In this document: positions 1-13,030 of the stretch, one piece after another | Numbering within the stretch: position 1 is the stretch's first letter | How the letters are laid out: every line of letters starts with the position of its first letter | Origin: Okamejei kenojei | Taxonomy: Eukaryota | Assembly (NCBI GenBank): GCA_035221665.1 | Contig: CM069147.1 | Span: 45,260,001-45,324,000, forward strand | Reading direction: 5' to 3' | DNA: 64,000 nt | Translations under genes and position numbers: made by a program | Notes under the pieces: model-generated | Databases searched by the model: none | What the model saw: the letters and a program-made list of their open reading frames with translations, nothing else | Told to the model about the DNA's origin: nothing

Positions 1-1383
1 AACCAATTAGGCATGGTGGAAAATGTACTAGTTAAGTTGCTCAGAGATTTTAGGACACTGTGGCAGGTCTTTAATACCAGATCTTTGCGAGCAGATTGGT
101 AACCTGCGTGTTTAATTTTCAAAGCTTTGCTATTTATATGCGAGGTGGGGTGTCTGAATATCCGTGGGACTGACAGCTCTGCATAGTGCTGTTGTATATA
201 CCACTTGTGTCAATGATGTCCGTGTAAGGAAATAAAGCTCCTTTGTGCTGAAGTGTACATGACAGAGTAAAAAGGAAATGGGGGAATAAATGTGAAATAA
301 GTAAGCTGTTCAGCGATGGAGAATGTCGATGCCTACACCTGCTCAAGATTTTTCTTTGAATTGTTAGATATTGACCCTCGAGACCCCTGTGGATTTCCTA
401 ATTGAAAATTAATATTGGATCAATGCAGTGAGTCATTTGCATATTGATCATAAACAACTTTGAAGGCACAAACTATATGGAAAAGACCAGCTGGATCAAT
501 AGGGCCCTTCAGTAGACTTCAGTGTAGTACATCACATTACACCGCACTGCACTAAAGGTTAATGACTCAGAGCAGTTAAGTACCATTGTTGCTTAGAACC
601 TGCGGAGAGAGATTTTCTTTGTAGCACAATGGAAATTGACATGTCAACTTTAAACTTGGAGCGAAGCATGAAAATGTGTGAACTGAATATCCTAAACCAT
701 TCTGATTTGTGAAACTAGAGTGAAAAGAACAGTTGCTTGATTGGGCTCAATTGTTAGATTATTGCCGTTGTTTCATTCAGAAAGGTGGCAGGATTTAACG
801 ATCGTTAAACAATGTTTATGCCAAATCATGATATACAGGGTGGGCATTATATTTGGCTATGTGGTATCATATACAATATGGGAATCAGAAAACCTGATAT
901 CAAGAGGCTCCTTAGCCACAATGGTTCACATTCATTTGCAGTGTTCACACTTGACCGTATTCTGGAAGAAGCACTGGATGTCAATCAAGTGCCAAGAATC
1001 CAACCAGACCTCTATCAATTGAGGACACCCCTTCCACATTCCCGGCTGAAATTCACCAAACTTCCTCCGTGAATCCATTTGTGATTTCTGATCAAAATGT
1101 CTGCTGACTCTATCCAGTCTTGGAATTTATTTGTACTAGTTTCAACATTAACATTCCTTGATTTTTCAAGTCACTGACTCTGACCAGATGCAGCTGCAAA
1201 TGATATTGTTAATACATGAGCAATGATGATGTTCCTGTTGTAAACGCGATGGGATTAACAAATCTATGGCTCCCTAGCTCTTTGATGAGTTTACCTATAA
1301 TGTGGAAAGTGACAACCACAGCTTTGATTTATTTGGAGCCCTTTGTGTATCAGGAGGATTGCCAGCCTCTGCCAGGATTGTTA

Positions 1384-1662
1384 TGCCCCTGTCCCACTTA
1401 GGAAACCGGAACGGAAACTTCTGGAGACTTTGCGCCCCACCTAAGGTTTCTGTGCGGATCCCGGAGGTTTTTGTCAGTCTCTCTAATGGTCAAAACTGGT
1501 TTCCGCTTCTTCTATGTTCCGGCGATTATTTAAATAAATTGAAAAAACCTCCGGGAACCTGACAAAAACCTCCGGGAACCTCCGGGAACCGCACGGAAAC
1601 CTTGGGTGGGGCGCAAAGTCTCCAGAGGTTTCCGTTCAGGTTTCCTAAGTGGGACAGGGGCA
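1384..1662. mobile_element. MITE with long (about 90 bp) terminal inverted repeats, PIF/Harbinger-like
   Basis: tgcccctgtcccacttaggaaacc... mirrored by ...ggtttcctaagtgggacaggggca; flanks TTA (1381-1383) and TAA (1663-1665); no coding capacity. Confidence 0.85.
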
Positions 1663-1731
1663 TAAGTCCCTCATTGAGGGCCTTTGGTGACCTGCAACTT
1701 GACTTTAAGTACTAGTGACAAAGACATAAGA

Positions 1732-1842
1732 GACTGCAGATGCTGGAATCTTGAACATAAAAGCAAACTGCTGGAGGAACACAGTGGCTCGGGCAGCTGT
1801 TGTGGTGAGAAAGAGACAACATTTCAAGTCAAGATCCTTCTT
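1732..1842 (-). mobile_element. Degenerate Penelope-like 3' module fragment
   Basis: actgcagatgctgg...tgctggaggaacacag...catttcaagtcaagatccttctt resembles the better copies at 15855 and 53975. Confidence 0.55.
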
Positions 1843-2162
1843 GTAGAGGGGGGTTTACAACTCACAGTCACAATCAGTTTTATTCGACTCAACTCAACTT
1901 TGAGGTAAATGTGTGGCCAAGGTTATGAGAAGTTACAGTTCCCTAGATACCTGTGGAATGGATATCATGATGGGGATGAAAGACAGTGGTTTCTCTTTTC
2001 TAATATTTAACTAGGTGTAATTTCTCCTCAGCCAGTCCAAGATGTCAGACAAGCATCTCAGTGGGATTCTTCCAGTCTCCTACTGTGAGTTCCTCAAGAC
2101 CTATAGGGAAATAACAGAAAGAGTCACTTTCAGCCATGTTCATTCCTCCAAGGAGTCCTAGA

Positions 2163-2472
2163 GGGGCACTGATGACAGAGCTGCTGCCTCACAGCGCCAG
2201 AGACCCAGATTCAATCCAGACCTCAGGAACTGTCGTGGAGTTTGCATGTCCTCCCTGTGGCAGTGTGGGTATCCTGCAGGTGCTCCGGTTTCCTCCCGCA
2301 CCCCAAAGTTGTGCGGTTTTGTAGGTTAATTGGCTGCTGGAAATTGCCTGAGTGTGTAGGGAGTGGATGAAAAAGTGTGATAACATAGACCTTGTGTGAA
2401 CGGCAGATTGCTGATTGGTGTGGACTTGATGGGCCGAAGGGCATGTTTCCATGTTGCATCTCTAAACTAAAA
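2163..2472 (+). mobile_element. HE1-type tRNA-derived SINE
   Basis: tRNA-like head (ctgcctcacagcgccagagaccca..ttcaatcc), core gtgctccggtttcctccc, LINE-shared tail gggccgaagggc..gtttccatg..tctaaactaaa. Confidence 0.85.
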
Positions 2473-2781
2473 TAATCAGCGTGAAAGGTTATGGCGGGAA
2501 ACAGGGAAATGGAGGTGGTCTAATGTCTAATGTCAGGTGATTTAATTTAGAATTTGCAACAAGCATGATAATGTTAACTCCTCCCTTTTGGGTGATCCAA
2601 ATTTCAGTTACGTCAATTAGTGCTAAAAATAATAATTTTCTATGTACAATTTCGCAATATATGATTTAAAATTAAGACTTTGCAGGGGACCACACGATTT
2701 AGTGGCAACTTGATGAACGCTTCGAATTAATTTGGACTATTTTTAGGAGCTATGGATGAGAGAATTATGTTAATCCACTGA

Positions 2782-3049
2782 GTTTAATTTAGTTTAGAAA
2801 TTCAGTGTGAAAACAGGCCCTTCAGCCCACGCCAACCAGCGATACCTGCACACCAGCGCTATCCTACATACAATTTTTACCGAAGCCAATTAACCGACCA
2901 CTGTGCACGTCTTTGGAATGTGGGGGGAAACCCACGCAGGTCACGGGGAGAATATAACGCTCTGTACAGGCAGCTCCCATAATCTGGATCAAACTTAAGT
3001 CTCTGGTGCTGGTAGGCGGAAAGTCTACTGCTGCATCATTGTGCCACCC
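2782..3049 (-). mobile_element. HE1-type SINE
   Basis: Reverse complement of the same head, core and tail; (tttag) tail at the left end. Confidence 0.8.
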
Positions 3050-4721
3050 CAAAAAATTGCAGAAATCCTTTCTCTTGGATTTTTTTTCCGTTAGATTTCT
3101 TTGTATCCACTTGAAGAACCTTGGTTTTATGTTGCTGTGTAAGGAAGCAGAAGCACTCCTTTGCTGGTCCTCTGGAGCATCAAACTCAAGTAGCAGTTCA
3201 AGTCCTGCTGTTCGTATTGAAATTGCAACCTTTTTTCTTGGAGGCAAGAGTTCCTTTATTCTAATCAAGAGGGGAAAAAAGAGTTTTGTTCCGTTTATAT
3301 GAAACTTGAAGATACTTCTAAATGGCAAGTTTGAATGTCAGTCATCCGCTATCCTTCAGCCTAGTACTAGGGGGCCTGTCATGCCTAGCAGCAGTCTTCC
3401 AAGTTATCAGGGTTTGATTTCATATATAAGGGGTCTTGAGTTGAGAGTTGTTCATGTCCATCAGCAAAACAAAACTACAAAAAACAAGATAGAAGCAAAG
3501 ATATTGATCAGTTTTGAAAGGCAAAGGATACTTTAGTCCAAGCCTTTCATAAGCTGTGAAAGCACTGGAAATGGTGCAAGTGGCAGACTCTCCAGGTCAT
3601 TCACAAACCTGAAGGACAATTCTTTTTTTTTTTTTTTTCATTCCTTTGTACAACTGGCTGAAGGCATCCTCACAGAAAGGAAATGAAAAAGTTGAAGTTA
3701 GCAACAAAGTATTTCAGTTTCATGTCATGAAGAATTGAGTGGGAGGTAAAGGTGCTTTCAACCTCATGAGCCGCACAGTTGCTTCCTCTAGGCATTTTGA
3801 TCATTCGGTAACACTAGCAAGTTTTTTTCTTGAGAATAATGCAAAATTGATGATTGATGTTTATTTTGAAAATAGAATTCTGCTGTGTCATTAAATGCAT
3901 TCATCAATCTGCTCATGGGTATCCCAAAGTATAATTTGAGTAAAAAGCCAAGCCTATTAATTCTTGGATGCCGTTGAAACACTCACAGTCAGCCGAACCT
4001 CACAATTTCATACAACTTTTAAATTTAACTTTATAAACGTAAGAAACACAAATGGCTTAAGACTGTCAAATTCCAAAATACATCTTCCAAAATAGCAACT
4101 GTTCCAATAGAGTTATGTCATATGCATAGATTTTGTTGCTCCATTGATTAAATTGTTTTTTCTGCAGAATAGCAACCAAAACTTCCCTCAGAGAAGTTCA
4201 GATCTTTGGATTTGAAGCCAGCAGTTCCGAATAATACGTTTTAAGGTTGAGCAGTGAGGATCCTGAACTAGTATGCGACTGATCAGCGACCATATTTTAC
4301 CAATGGCTTCCTCAGAGAGCCCAGTGGTGGGGTACAAGCTTCCACAGCACTCAGACTAGAAAACGTACCCACTGGTTAACCCAAAGCAACCAGTTGAGTC
4401 ACATCTATAGATTACCACCTGTCAAACATATCAAAGCAATGGCATGTCTGCGTATGCCTACAAATATTTTAAAAATTGAATGATTCAATATTAAATATCT
4501 TCAGTATTTCTAGCTGGGCCTGCCATTTCTGGTAGGAAAGTACTTGTGGGCCTCATTGATGAGCTGACAGCCCGATTCCCAATGGAAGATAGTGCTGGGA
4601 GCTGAGTCCAGGAAGGAAGTGGTTCTGGAGGCAGGCATCTGGCCTCATGCAGCATTAGAATGCCAGAATGTCTTTACTTGATCCTAAGTGGGCAGATGTG
4701 GCTTTAGTCATGACTAGACTT

Positions 4722-5030
4722 TATTTGGATAGGTACATGGATCAGAAAATGTGGAGGGATGTAGGCCGAACGCCGGCAAGTGGGACTAGTGTAGATGGGG
4801 CATCTTTAGAGCTTGTCAAACCTAGAAGCAGTCTTCTGAATTATCGGGGTTCGATTTCATATACAAGGAGTCTTGAATTGAGAGTTGTTCACATCCATCA
4901 GCAAAACAAAACTAAATAAAACAAGATAGAAGGAAGGATATTGCTCAGTTTTGAAAGGCAAAGGATGCCTTAGTCCAAGTGGGCAGCATAGGCCGAAGGA
5001 GCTGTTTACGTTCTGTGTGACTCTGTGACA
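4722..5030 (+). mobile_element. HER1/CR1 LINE 3' tail interrupted by a 170-bp insert
   Basis: ttggataggtacatggat...tgggactagtgtagatggggcatctt, then insert, then ggccgaagg..ctgttt..ctgtgtgactctgtgac. Confidence 0.7.
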
Positions 5031-5721
5031 CACTTCTGGAGCAGTGCACCAACTTGCTGTTTACGTCCTTCCAGTAAATGGTCCTGGGATATACTGTGCA
5101 TCACTTGGTGATTATACTTTCAGAATTAAATACAGTAGGTTGATATATTTCTTGATCTCAAAGGGATGTGAGAAAAAGGTAGGAACACAATAACGTTTGG
5201 GTAACCAGATATGAGGGTGTAGAATGGTGCAAGCCTGGGCTGAATGGTCTATCCTTACTCCTATAGTCCTGATTCCCCCACATTGTGAAAAATGCCAGCA
5301 AAATAAAAATCACTGCAATTTTTGGTCTTCCATGGCTGTTATTTATAATTAACACAATGGTAGATGATTGCAACATAATCCAGTCTCTGAAGGATATTTG
5401 CATATTAATTTTTATTGAAAATGATGGGTAAATTAAATGTGATTTTTAATAATGTGAAAATCTTTTTAACGTGCCCTGTGCATTCGTAGAATTTTTAAAA
5501 CCGAATGCATTCTTTGTTGTTCTCTGTCGCTCTTTCTATTGTTCAGTCCAATTTTTTTATACTGCTCTTTCCCTGAGAAATAGGGTCTCCCTTTGCTCAT
5601 TGTACATCCCTCACATCACCTCCCAACTTTGTTTACATCGTGCCTCCACCCCTTTGACATGAGGTAACCAGCTATTTCAGTTACATTGTTATGCTTTCAG
5701 GGTAGTTATCAGTTATGATTC

Positions 5722-6017
5722 AGGGTGGCACAACAGTGCAACTGAAAGAGACGCTGTCTCACAGCACCAGGTTGGATCCTGACCTTGGGTTCTGTCTGTG
5801 TGGAGTTTGCATGCTCTTCCTGTGGCTTTCCTCCGGGTGCTCCAGTTTCCTCCCACATCCCAAAGACGTACAGGCTTGTAGGTTAATTGGCCCCTATAAA
5901 TTACCCCAAGTGTGTAGCGAGTGGATTCAACAGTGGAATAGCATAGAACTAGTGAGAATGCTGATCGATGGTCGGTGGGCCGAAGGTCCTGTTTCCATGG
6001 TGTATTACTAATCTAAA
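5722..6017 (+). mobile_element. HE1-type SINE
   Basis: gggtggcacaacagtgca head, ctccgggtgctccagtttcctcccacatcccaaagacgt core, gggccgaaggtcctgtttcc tail. Confidence 0.85.
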
Positions 6018-9000
6018 TGTTAAAAGTATTACCAAAGTGCCTGCTCTTCTGGGGTTACCAAAGTTAGTTCGGAAGCCAGTCTGCCTCTGATTACTTCATC
6101 ACCAGTCCTTCTGTTGACTTTTGCTATGTTGAACTAATGAACTGAGACTGGGGACAAGTGCACCTAATTGAAAGAAATAATTCTTACAGCACATAGCAAA
6201 AATTCTTGGCTTGTTTAAGCAAGGACGTGGAGGAATGGGTTTTAGAACTTGCTATAATTTCACTTCTTATTTTGGTGCATTTATCTACCCCACTGAGGGG
6301 AGGGAAACATGGTTTATGTACATTGCACTGAAAATGAATTTGACGGTTTGAGAAACATGGAACTTCAGTTGAAAATAAACCACATTTTCTAGTTCGAGAA
6401 ACAAATTTGCACAACATTGCCAAAGAGTCCCAATGGCAACATTTATTCGGTCTGGTACAAATGGAATGGAAGCCAGTGTTTCCATTTACATTTCTGTTCT
6501 GGATAGAGTCAGATTCTTTTTTTATCAATAGCACAGCATTGTTGGTGTCAATTTTGGATTAGAAACAGTGGAAAAGCTGATTCCCATGAGTTATTTCAAC
6601 CATCCATACAAAGCAAAATCCTTTCCCCACTAAAATAGGGATTTTCTTCTACTATTCCAAGGCACCATTTTTATTTGAAGTCTACAAAATACAGCAGTGA
6701 ATATCACTGCCATTAATTTCACAAAATAATATTATTCAGCTATGCCTGTTCTGAAAATATTTTAACAAAGGCTGTACATTATACCGTATCATGGTTTGTT
6801 TAATTTGTATAATTCAATTGATGTCAAATGCATAAAACTAACTTGAGGTTGAAAATTTGAAGGAATCTGGTGAAAGGAGGCTGCAAATTTGTACAGTGCA
6901 AGATTGTCCTTTGTATTCACAGTCGCACAAAAATGGCAACTGTCAAAACTCCACGTTTGTGCCACAAAGGATGGAAGGCAGGTTTTAATCACGTAGCAGT
7001 CGAAAGAATCCAAATAAAAAATCTGACGAAAAATGGGGGGTCTTACAGCTTTGAATGAAATTGTGTGCTATTTTCAACCATTCGGCAGCAGAATAACAGA
7101 TAATCATAGGCACATTTATGCAGCACATTTCCTTAAGCCATGCAACTGATGTATATATTTAATTGTTCACACAATGGCCATCTCCCATTGTGTGGTTGAG
7201 CCAAGCAAATAAATGAATGTCATGAACTGCAAAATTGTAAGAATTGAAGAGTATGCACTTGACATCTGTGACCTCACTAGGGTAGATAAATGCACCAGAC
7301 TAAGGGCTGAAATTGCAGCCAGTTCAGATTATTATTTTCCAGGGAAGTCTTTGTTGAATAGAGGAAGCTTGAATTCTTCCTCTGCTGAAATGATTATCAG
7401 TGGTGGGGGGAGGGAGAGAGTGGAAATGCAATTACTCAGATCCTTTCACCCCTCTGAAGCAAGACAGATTTAAGCGTGTTGGCTCATTACTCCACTCTAC
7501 TTCCTGTTAGCATCGGGCTTAAGTTAATACACCTTTCGTAAATGCCCTGTAGATTCTTTGCAGTTCTAGAAAAATGGCTAAAATAAGAGAAAGGGTGTTA
7601 TTAGATAGGCCTTTTAAAATGTATGTCCGAGAAATATCCAAGCTAAATTAATAAGTAAAAGAACAAGGCCTTCTGCAGAAGTTCATTCTGCAACTTAGAG
7701 CTCATTGTAATTTACTGTTAAAATTGACTTTATAAAATACGACTTGATTTTATGATTACGTTCTGAACATCCACTTTGACTTTTCATATAAAAACATTGT
7801 GGCATTTCAACTGTAAAAGGGAATCTCGCTGTCTACATGATATGCAAGACAATTCAAGGGATCAAACTTGATCTTCAGTCTCACAATTCACGTCCTAATT
7901 TCAATCCCTCAGTTACATTGGTAGTTTTTTTAATTGACTGAATGATGTCCAGTGCCATCTGCTTCCCTTTCTGGTGATTTATTTTCTGCAATTTTGAATT
8001 GATGTTTTTAAAAAATCTTGAGCGTTAAGTGCAGAAGGGTTTCCCTGCTAAGTACAGTATGTGGTGTTAATTTTCTACGACTGAAGTTTGATCCACTTTC
8101 AGCTCCTGTGACATAGCGCTTCACAAAACAGTGACTCTGACACATGGACTGATTTCTATTGGTTGTTTTACTGTCACTAAGATACTGATATGCAAAATTC
8201 AAAAGCGCATATTGTTTGTGTCAGGTTTACACAATTAGAATATACTTATTTTTGTGCATTGACCAGATGCACATGTATGACTGAGGTGAAAAATAACAAA
8301 CGGTCAAAATTACTGTCTCTCTTCAGTTTTCGACTATAGTAATAGTTTAAACAAAGAAAGTGGTTTGCTTTTCAACCAGACTACTGACCCTAATCCATGT
8401 TATGAATAGCCTTTCTCTATGTTTTAGGAAATCGAATTTTTTTGTCTGTGTGTGCTGATGTGTAATTTTAATATGAAAAGAGGAGCCACGTCACTTACTT
8501 ATTTTGCTGTTAGTTATGGCTGAGGTTTACAAATGACCTTGGGGCAGCAGGCACTGGTCTTGCAGAATCATAACAAGAAGGTGTCTGTGCCTTTTCTGCT
8601 TGATGAATATTCCTACCACTTCAGGCATGCTGTTATTGTAGGAGATGGAAGGTTTGCAGAAGTGAAGTGCAGAATGCAATTAGCCAGTCTTATTTTTTGC
8701 ACTGTGACCCGGAATGTATTTACCCTTTCTACACAGTAAGCACATAAGTCCGCTTAAATGGCACTGGGAAAAAAAATACATGCACAATTAGAAAAGAATA
8801 GCTATATCTGATTTCTTTTTAGGGTGTAACATGCCGGATAACACCTAATCATTCCACCAAATTGATTAAGATATGACCATTACTTACCCTGTGCTGTTTG
8901 CTGTATATTTTATTGGCTAGATGAAGGAGTTAAACATATTTAGCAATAAAAGTTGCTGCCTTTCTGACAGATTTAAAAATTATTAAGAGAAATATGCTTC

Positions 9001-10289
9001 TGATTATTGGCTTTGGAAAAATGAAACAGAGGCACATAATTATTCATTGTATTAAATCAGGTTATTTTCTTTTTCAAAAAAAAATAAAGGTTGGGATTTT
9101 AATAACGCATTCATATTTCACACTGTATCCAAGGTTGTTTTGATTGTTTGAAAGCCTTGTGCTTTTATAAGCTTAAGGAACTAGAAGTGCACCTAAATTT
9201 AACATTTGTAATTTGCCGCGATTTTAAACTCACTGAGGTCAGACTCCTGTGTGGGTAATTGTAATGATTTAGGGTAAAGCTAGCTAAATTACTGCATAAA
9301 CTACTCGTTATAAAATAGTATATGGTAGGTGTGCTGCCAAATTTAATTATCTTAAAAAATGTCAGTTTTGTCCCAATGTAACGTGTTAAGGGCAACCTAC
9401 TCTGCACGAGCAGGCAATGCATTACCAGTTTTGCCATTTTCCAAGCAGGCAAATATTTTTACACTCTCAATTTTATAATTGGTCGGCATCTGGAGTAGCG
9501 ATGACCAATTTTGCACCTACACAGAATATAGATGCACTTACTTATCTTCTCCCCTTTTACCTGCGATATTTGCTTTTTGCCAGTTTGAGACATCCAACAA
9601 AAAAACTTTTTGTTTCTGTGTTTTGACAATCGAATGAGAGGACAGCTCACTCCTTTGGTCTGGTCGGAGAACAGTTCGACCTGCTCGGGGAACAGGCAGG
9701 AATGTGAAAATCTTTTGGTGGCTTCTTCACTGGAAAGCAGTAAACATCATCCAACTGAAAATATCCAGTTAGCCTGTTGGCATTTGTGAAAAGAGGAACA
9801 GGAGGTAATAATTCAAGTCAATGACATTTCATCAGAATTGAGAAAAGTTAGGGATCTCTGAAGAAAAGATGGCATTGAGAAAAGAACAAAAGGCAAGTTG
9901 TGTGATAGGATGGAAGATAGAAGGAATAAATGACTAATGAGGTGAAGGTTCATGGCAAAGGAGATGGTTGTGGGTTTTAACAGATCTGAATGTTTCCTGT
10001 TCTTATTTCCATTTGTCAGCTTCAGCTTTATTTTATTTTTCAAACTACCTCTGATGTTGCAGAGTGTCAAGTGTCGGAGGTTCAGTTCTCTTCCCCCGCC
10101 GTTCTAGTCCATTGAAAGTATTATTGATATACAATTGTCATGTGTACCGAGATGCAGTGTTTTGCGTGCTAGGCAGGCAAATGATATTATACGTGAGTAT
10201 ATCAGGTTGTGCAAAAGAGTGCAGAATATAAAGACAGTGTAGATTTTATAAATTGCAGGGGCTGGACAAGGTAGATTAGGATTAGGAGA

Positions 10290-10372
10290 ACTGTCCTAAA
10301 GGTCCTGACCCAAAACATCACCTATCTATGCTGCCTGACCTGCTGAGTTATTCCAACACTTTGTGTCTTCTC
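10290..10372 (+). mobile_element. Short degenerate Penelope-like 3' module with target-site duplication
   Basis: gacccaaaacatcacc..atgctgcctgacctgctgagttattccaacactttgtgtc; flanked by taggattag(g/t)aga at 10277-10289 and 10373-10385. Confidence 0.65.
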
Positions 10373-11328
10373 TAGGATTAGTAGACCAGGAACCGCATTA
10401 TTTGGATTTAAGACCGTGAATATTGTACCTCAATATTTGAAGTCTAAATGCAGCTAAATGCACAGTCTTGCTGCACACTGCGGGGGACAGTGGGTGTGGG
10501 AGGAGGTGTGTGTGTGTGTGGTGGAGAGAATGGCAGCTTGTTGAAAGAGAATTTCTTGGTGTGCTGAGGATTCCACATAATAAATTGGCTTCCTTTGTTA
10601 TTTGTGGCCAATTAATACAGAAGGTACATCGAACTGGAAACCTTTCATATGCAGCAGGGCACAGATTTTCAAAATAAATTGCTTATATCCAGATTAGCTT
10701 TACGTGTAACAGGACTGGATATACAGGCTCTGTGGAACAAATTAGGACTAGGTGAAAATATGTTTATCTCAGGAATTTCCTTAGAAAAGATTTGCATATA
10801 AATGGCTTAGTGTGAATATCCATATACACGATATATGAAAAAAACATACAACATCATGAATAAATAATTATTCAAATGATTAAAATTAAAAAGGACCATT
10901 TGTAAAATAGTGAAATTTGCTTATTATCCTTGTTTTTTTATTTTAAAAAAAGGCAACTTCTTGCTAATTCCAATATAAATTAGCCTATTTATACCACAGC
11001 GGAACCCAATTTAATGTCTGGATTAAAGGTATCTTGAAAATAGCTTCTAGATAATATCTACTTAAATTTTGCACATCTTGTGTAGGTGTGAATGGATCTG
11101 TCATGGTCATTTTGAATGTTTTTGCTTGTAAGTAGCCTAGAACTTTGCAATAATCTTTCTGCCCTCACTCCTCTTATCTCTGTTGCAGCCTCCTTTTAAC
11201 ACTTTGTTTGGTATGAGCTTACTGTCTTTGCATTTAATGTGTCAATGACAATAAACAAACCTTAACTTTATTAAAACATGCAGCTTATTAGATTGTTCTG
11301 TTTCAAATCCAGATTGATATTAGGCAAT

Positions 11329-11426
11329 TATTTAGTCTTAGTCCGAAGAAGTCTCAACCCGAAACGTCACTCATTCCTTCTCTCCCGGGATGCTGCCTGA
11401 GTTACGCCAGCATTTTGTGTCTACCT
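11329..11426 (+). mobile_element. Short Penelope-like hammerhead module with 15-bp TSD
   Basis: gtccgaagaagtctcaacccgaaacgtcac...; TSD ttgatattaggcaat at 11314-11328 and 11427-11441. Confidence 0.75.
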
Positions 11427-12473
11427 TTGATATTAGGCAATGTCATATCAGATGGGATAAAAAGATGTCCTTCAGGTATTGTGCAGTTTGGCCACATTAA
11501 TGTGTGTTGATGTTGGTGTAAATGGACAAATGGATGTCAAAAATAGGAACAGGAGTAGGTCATTCAAATTTCTGCAAAACTCAGTTTAAATTTGCTGATA
11601 TTTTCCTCAGTTCCAGCTCACAAATGCCTCGATTCTGTTACTGTCCAAAAATCTATTGATCATTCTCTTGAGTCATGGTCATTGATTTATTGTTCACAAC
11701 CCTTTGAGTTATGAAATTCCAACAAGTAAACATTGCCAAAGGAAGAAATGTCTGCTCATCTCAATCGCAAAAGACCCTTGTTCTGAACCAATGATGTCCA
11801 ATTCTAGACCTCCAAGCAAGAGAAACATCCTCTTAGCATCTAATTGGTGAAGTATCTCTGGAATATTCCATGTTCCAAAGAGGTCACCTCTACTCTGCTG
11901 GACAATATAGAGCTTGTCTACTCAACCTCTCCTCACAGGATCATTCTCCCAATCGATCAATAATTCTTCATTACACCCACACTCAGGCAAGTATATTCTT
12001 CCTCAAGGAAGCCAGAAAGCCCCTCCCCCCACCAGGATTCCACATATTATCATGAATTCCACAAGACTCTTTATAATTCCAGTAAGTATTCTTTATTCTG
12101 CTGCTTTAATCCTTTGACTCTGAAGACCAGCACACAACAATTATGCCCATGTTAACTGTGATTCTGGAACAAGACCTCCCAGGTCCTGCTGACTATCGAA
12201 AAAAATTTAAATATCAACATATTTTTCCTACCAATGTGAATGCCCTCATTCCTTTCCATTGTATTCCATCTTCTGTTTTTTTTGCTCATTCAGTTAACTG
12301 TTTAGATTTTAAAGGCCTCTTGCAGTCTCGTGGTTTCCTGTTAGTAAAATCGGCAAACCTAGATCTTTTACACATGATTCCTGTATCTGTGTTATTGATC
12401 CAGAGAGCTGAAACTGTAATACTGAAGTAAATGTCCATTCAAAATGCTAACCCAACAGAAAACATTTATTCCT

Positions 12474-12634
12474 GCCTGTATCCACCTATCACTTACCTGG
12501 CTTTGTCCCACCCTCACCTCTCTCCTCCCAACAGCAATCAGTGTGAAGACGAGTCCCGATCCAAAACGGTACCTATTTATGTCCTCCAGAGATGCTGCCT
12601 GACCCTCTGAGTTGCTCTAGCACTTTGTGTCACT
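12474..12634 (+). mobile_element. Penelope-like 3' module with 10-bp TSD
   Basis: cagtgtgaagacgagtcccgatccaaaacgg...agagatgctgcctgaccctctgagtt; TSD atttattcct at 12464-12473 and 12635-12644. Confidence 0.7.
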
Positions 12635-12897
12635 ATTTATTCCTACTCTCCATTTTTGTCACTAAATTGCATGTTCTTGCTTTATCAAAAGGAGCTTAAC
12701 TTTCAGTGACATAATGTGCCTACTTTTCTTAAACAATTGAAAATCTTAAGTGAACAGAAATTTAAATTGATATTTAGTTCAAAGCAATAAGTTGCATTAA
12801 TTTCAAAGAATAAAATGAACAAGTGTTTCTCGGTCATAGAAAGACCGAGGTGTGCAGTTACGCAGTTTCCTAGTGAACTATTCTCCTGAGTGTTAGT

Positions 12898-13030
12898 GAT
12901 AGACACTAAATGCTGGAGTAACTCAGTGGGACAGGCAGCATGTCTGGAGAGAAGGAATGGGTGATGTTTCGGGTCGCGACCCTTCTTCGGACTGCGTCAT
13001 GGGAGAGGGAGTTACAGAGATAAGGAAGTG
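12898..13030 (-). mobile_element. Penelope-like 3' module
   Basis: gatagacactaaatgctggagtaactcag...gatgtttcgggtcgcgacccttcttcggac. Confidence 0.75.
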
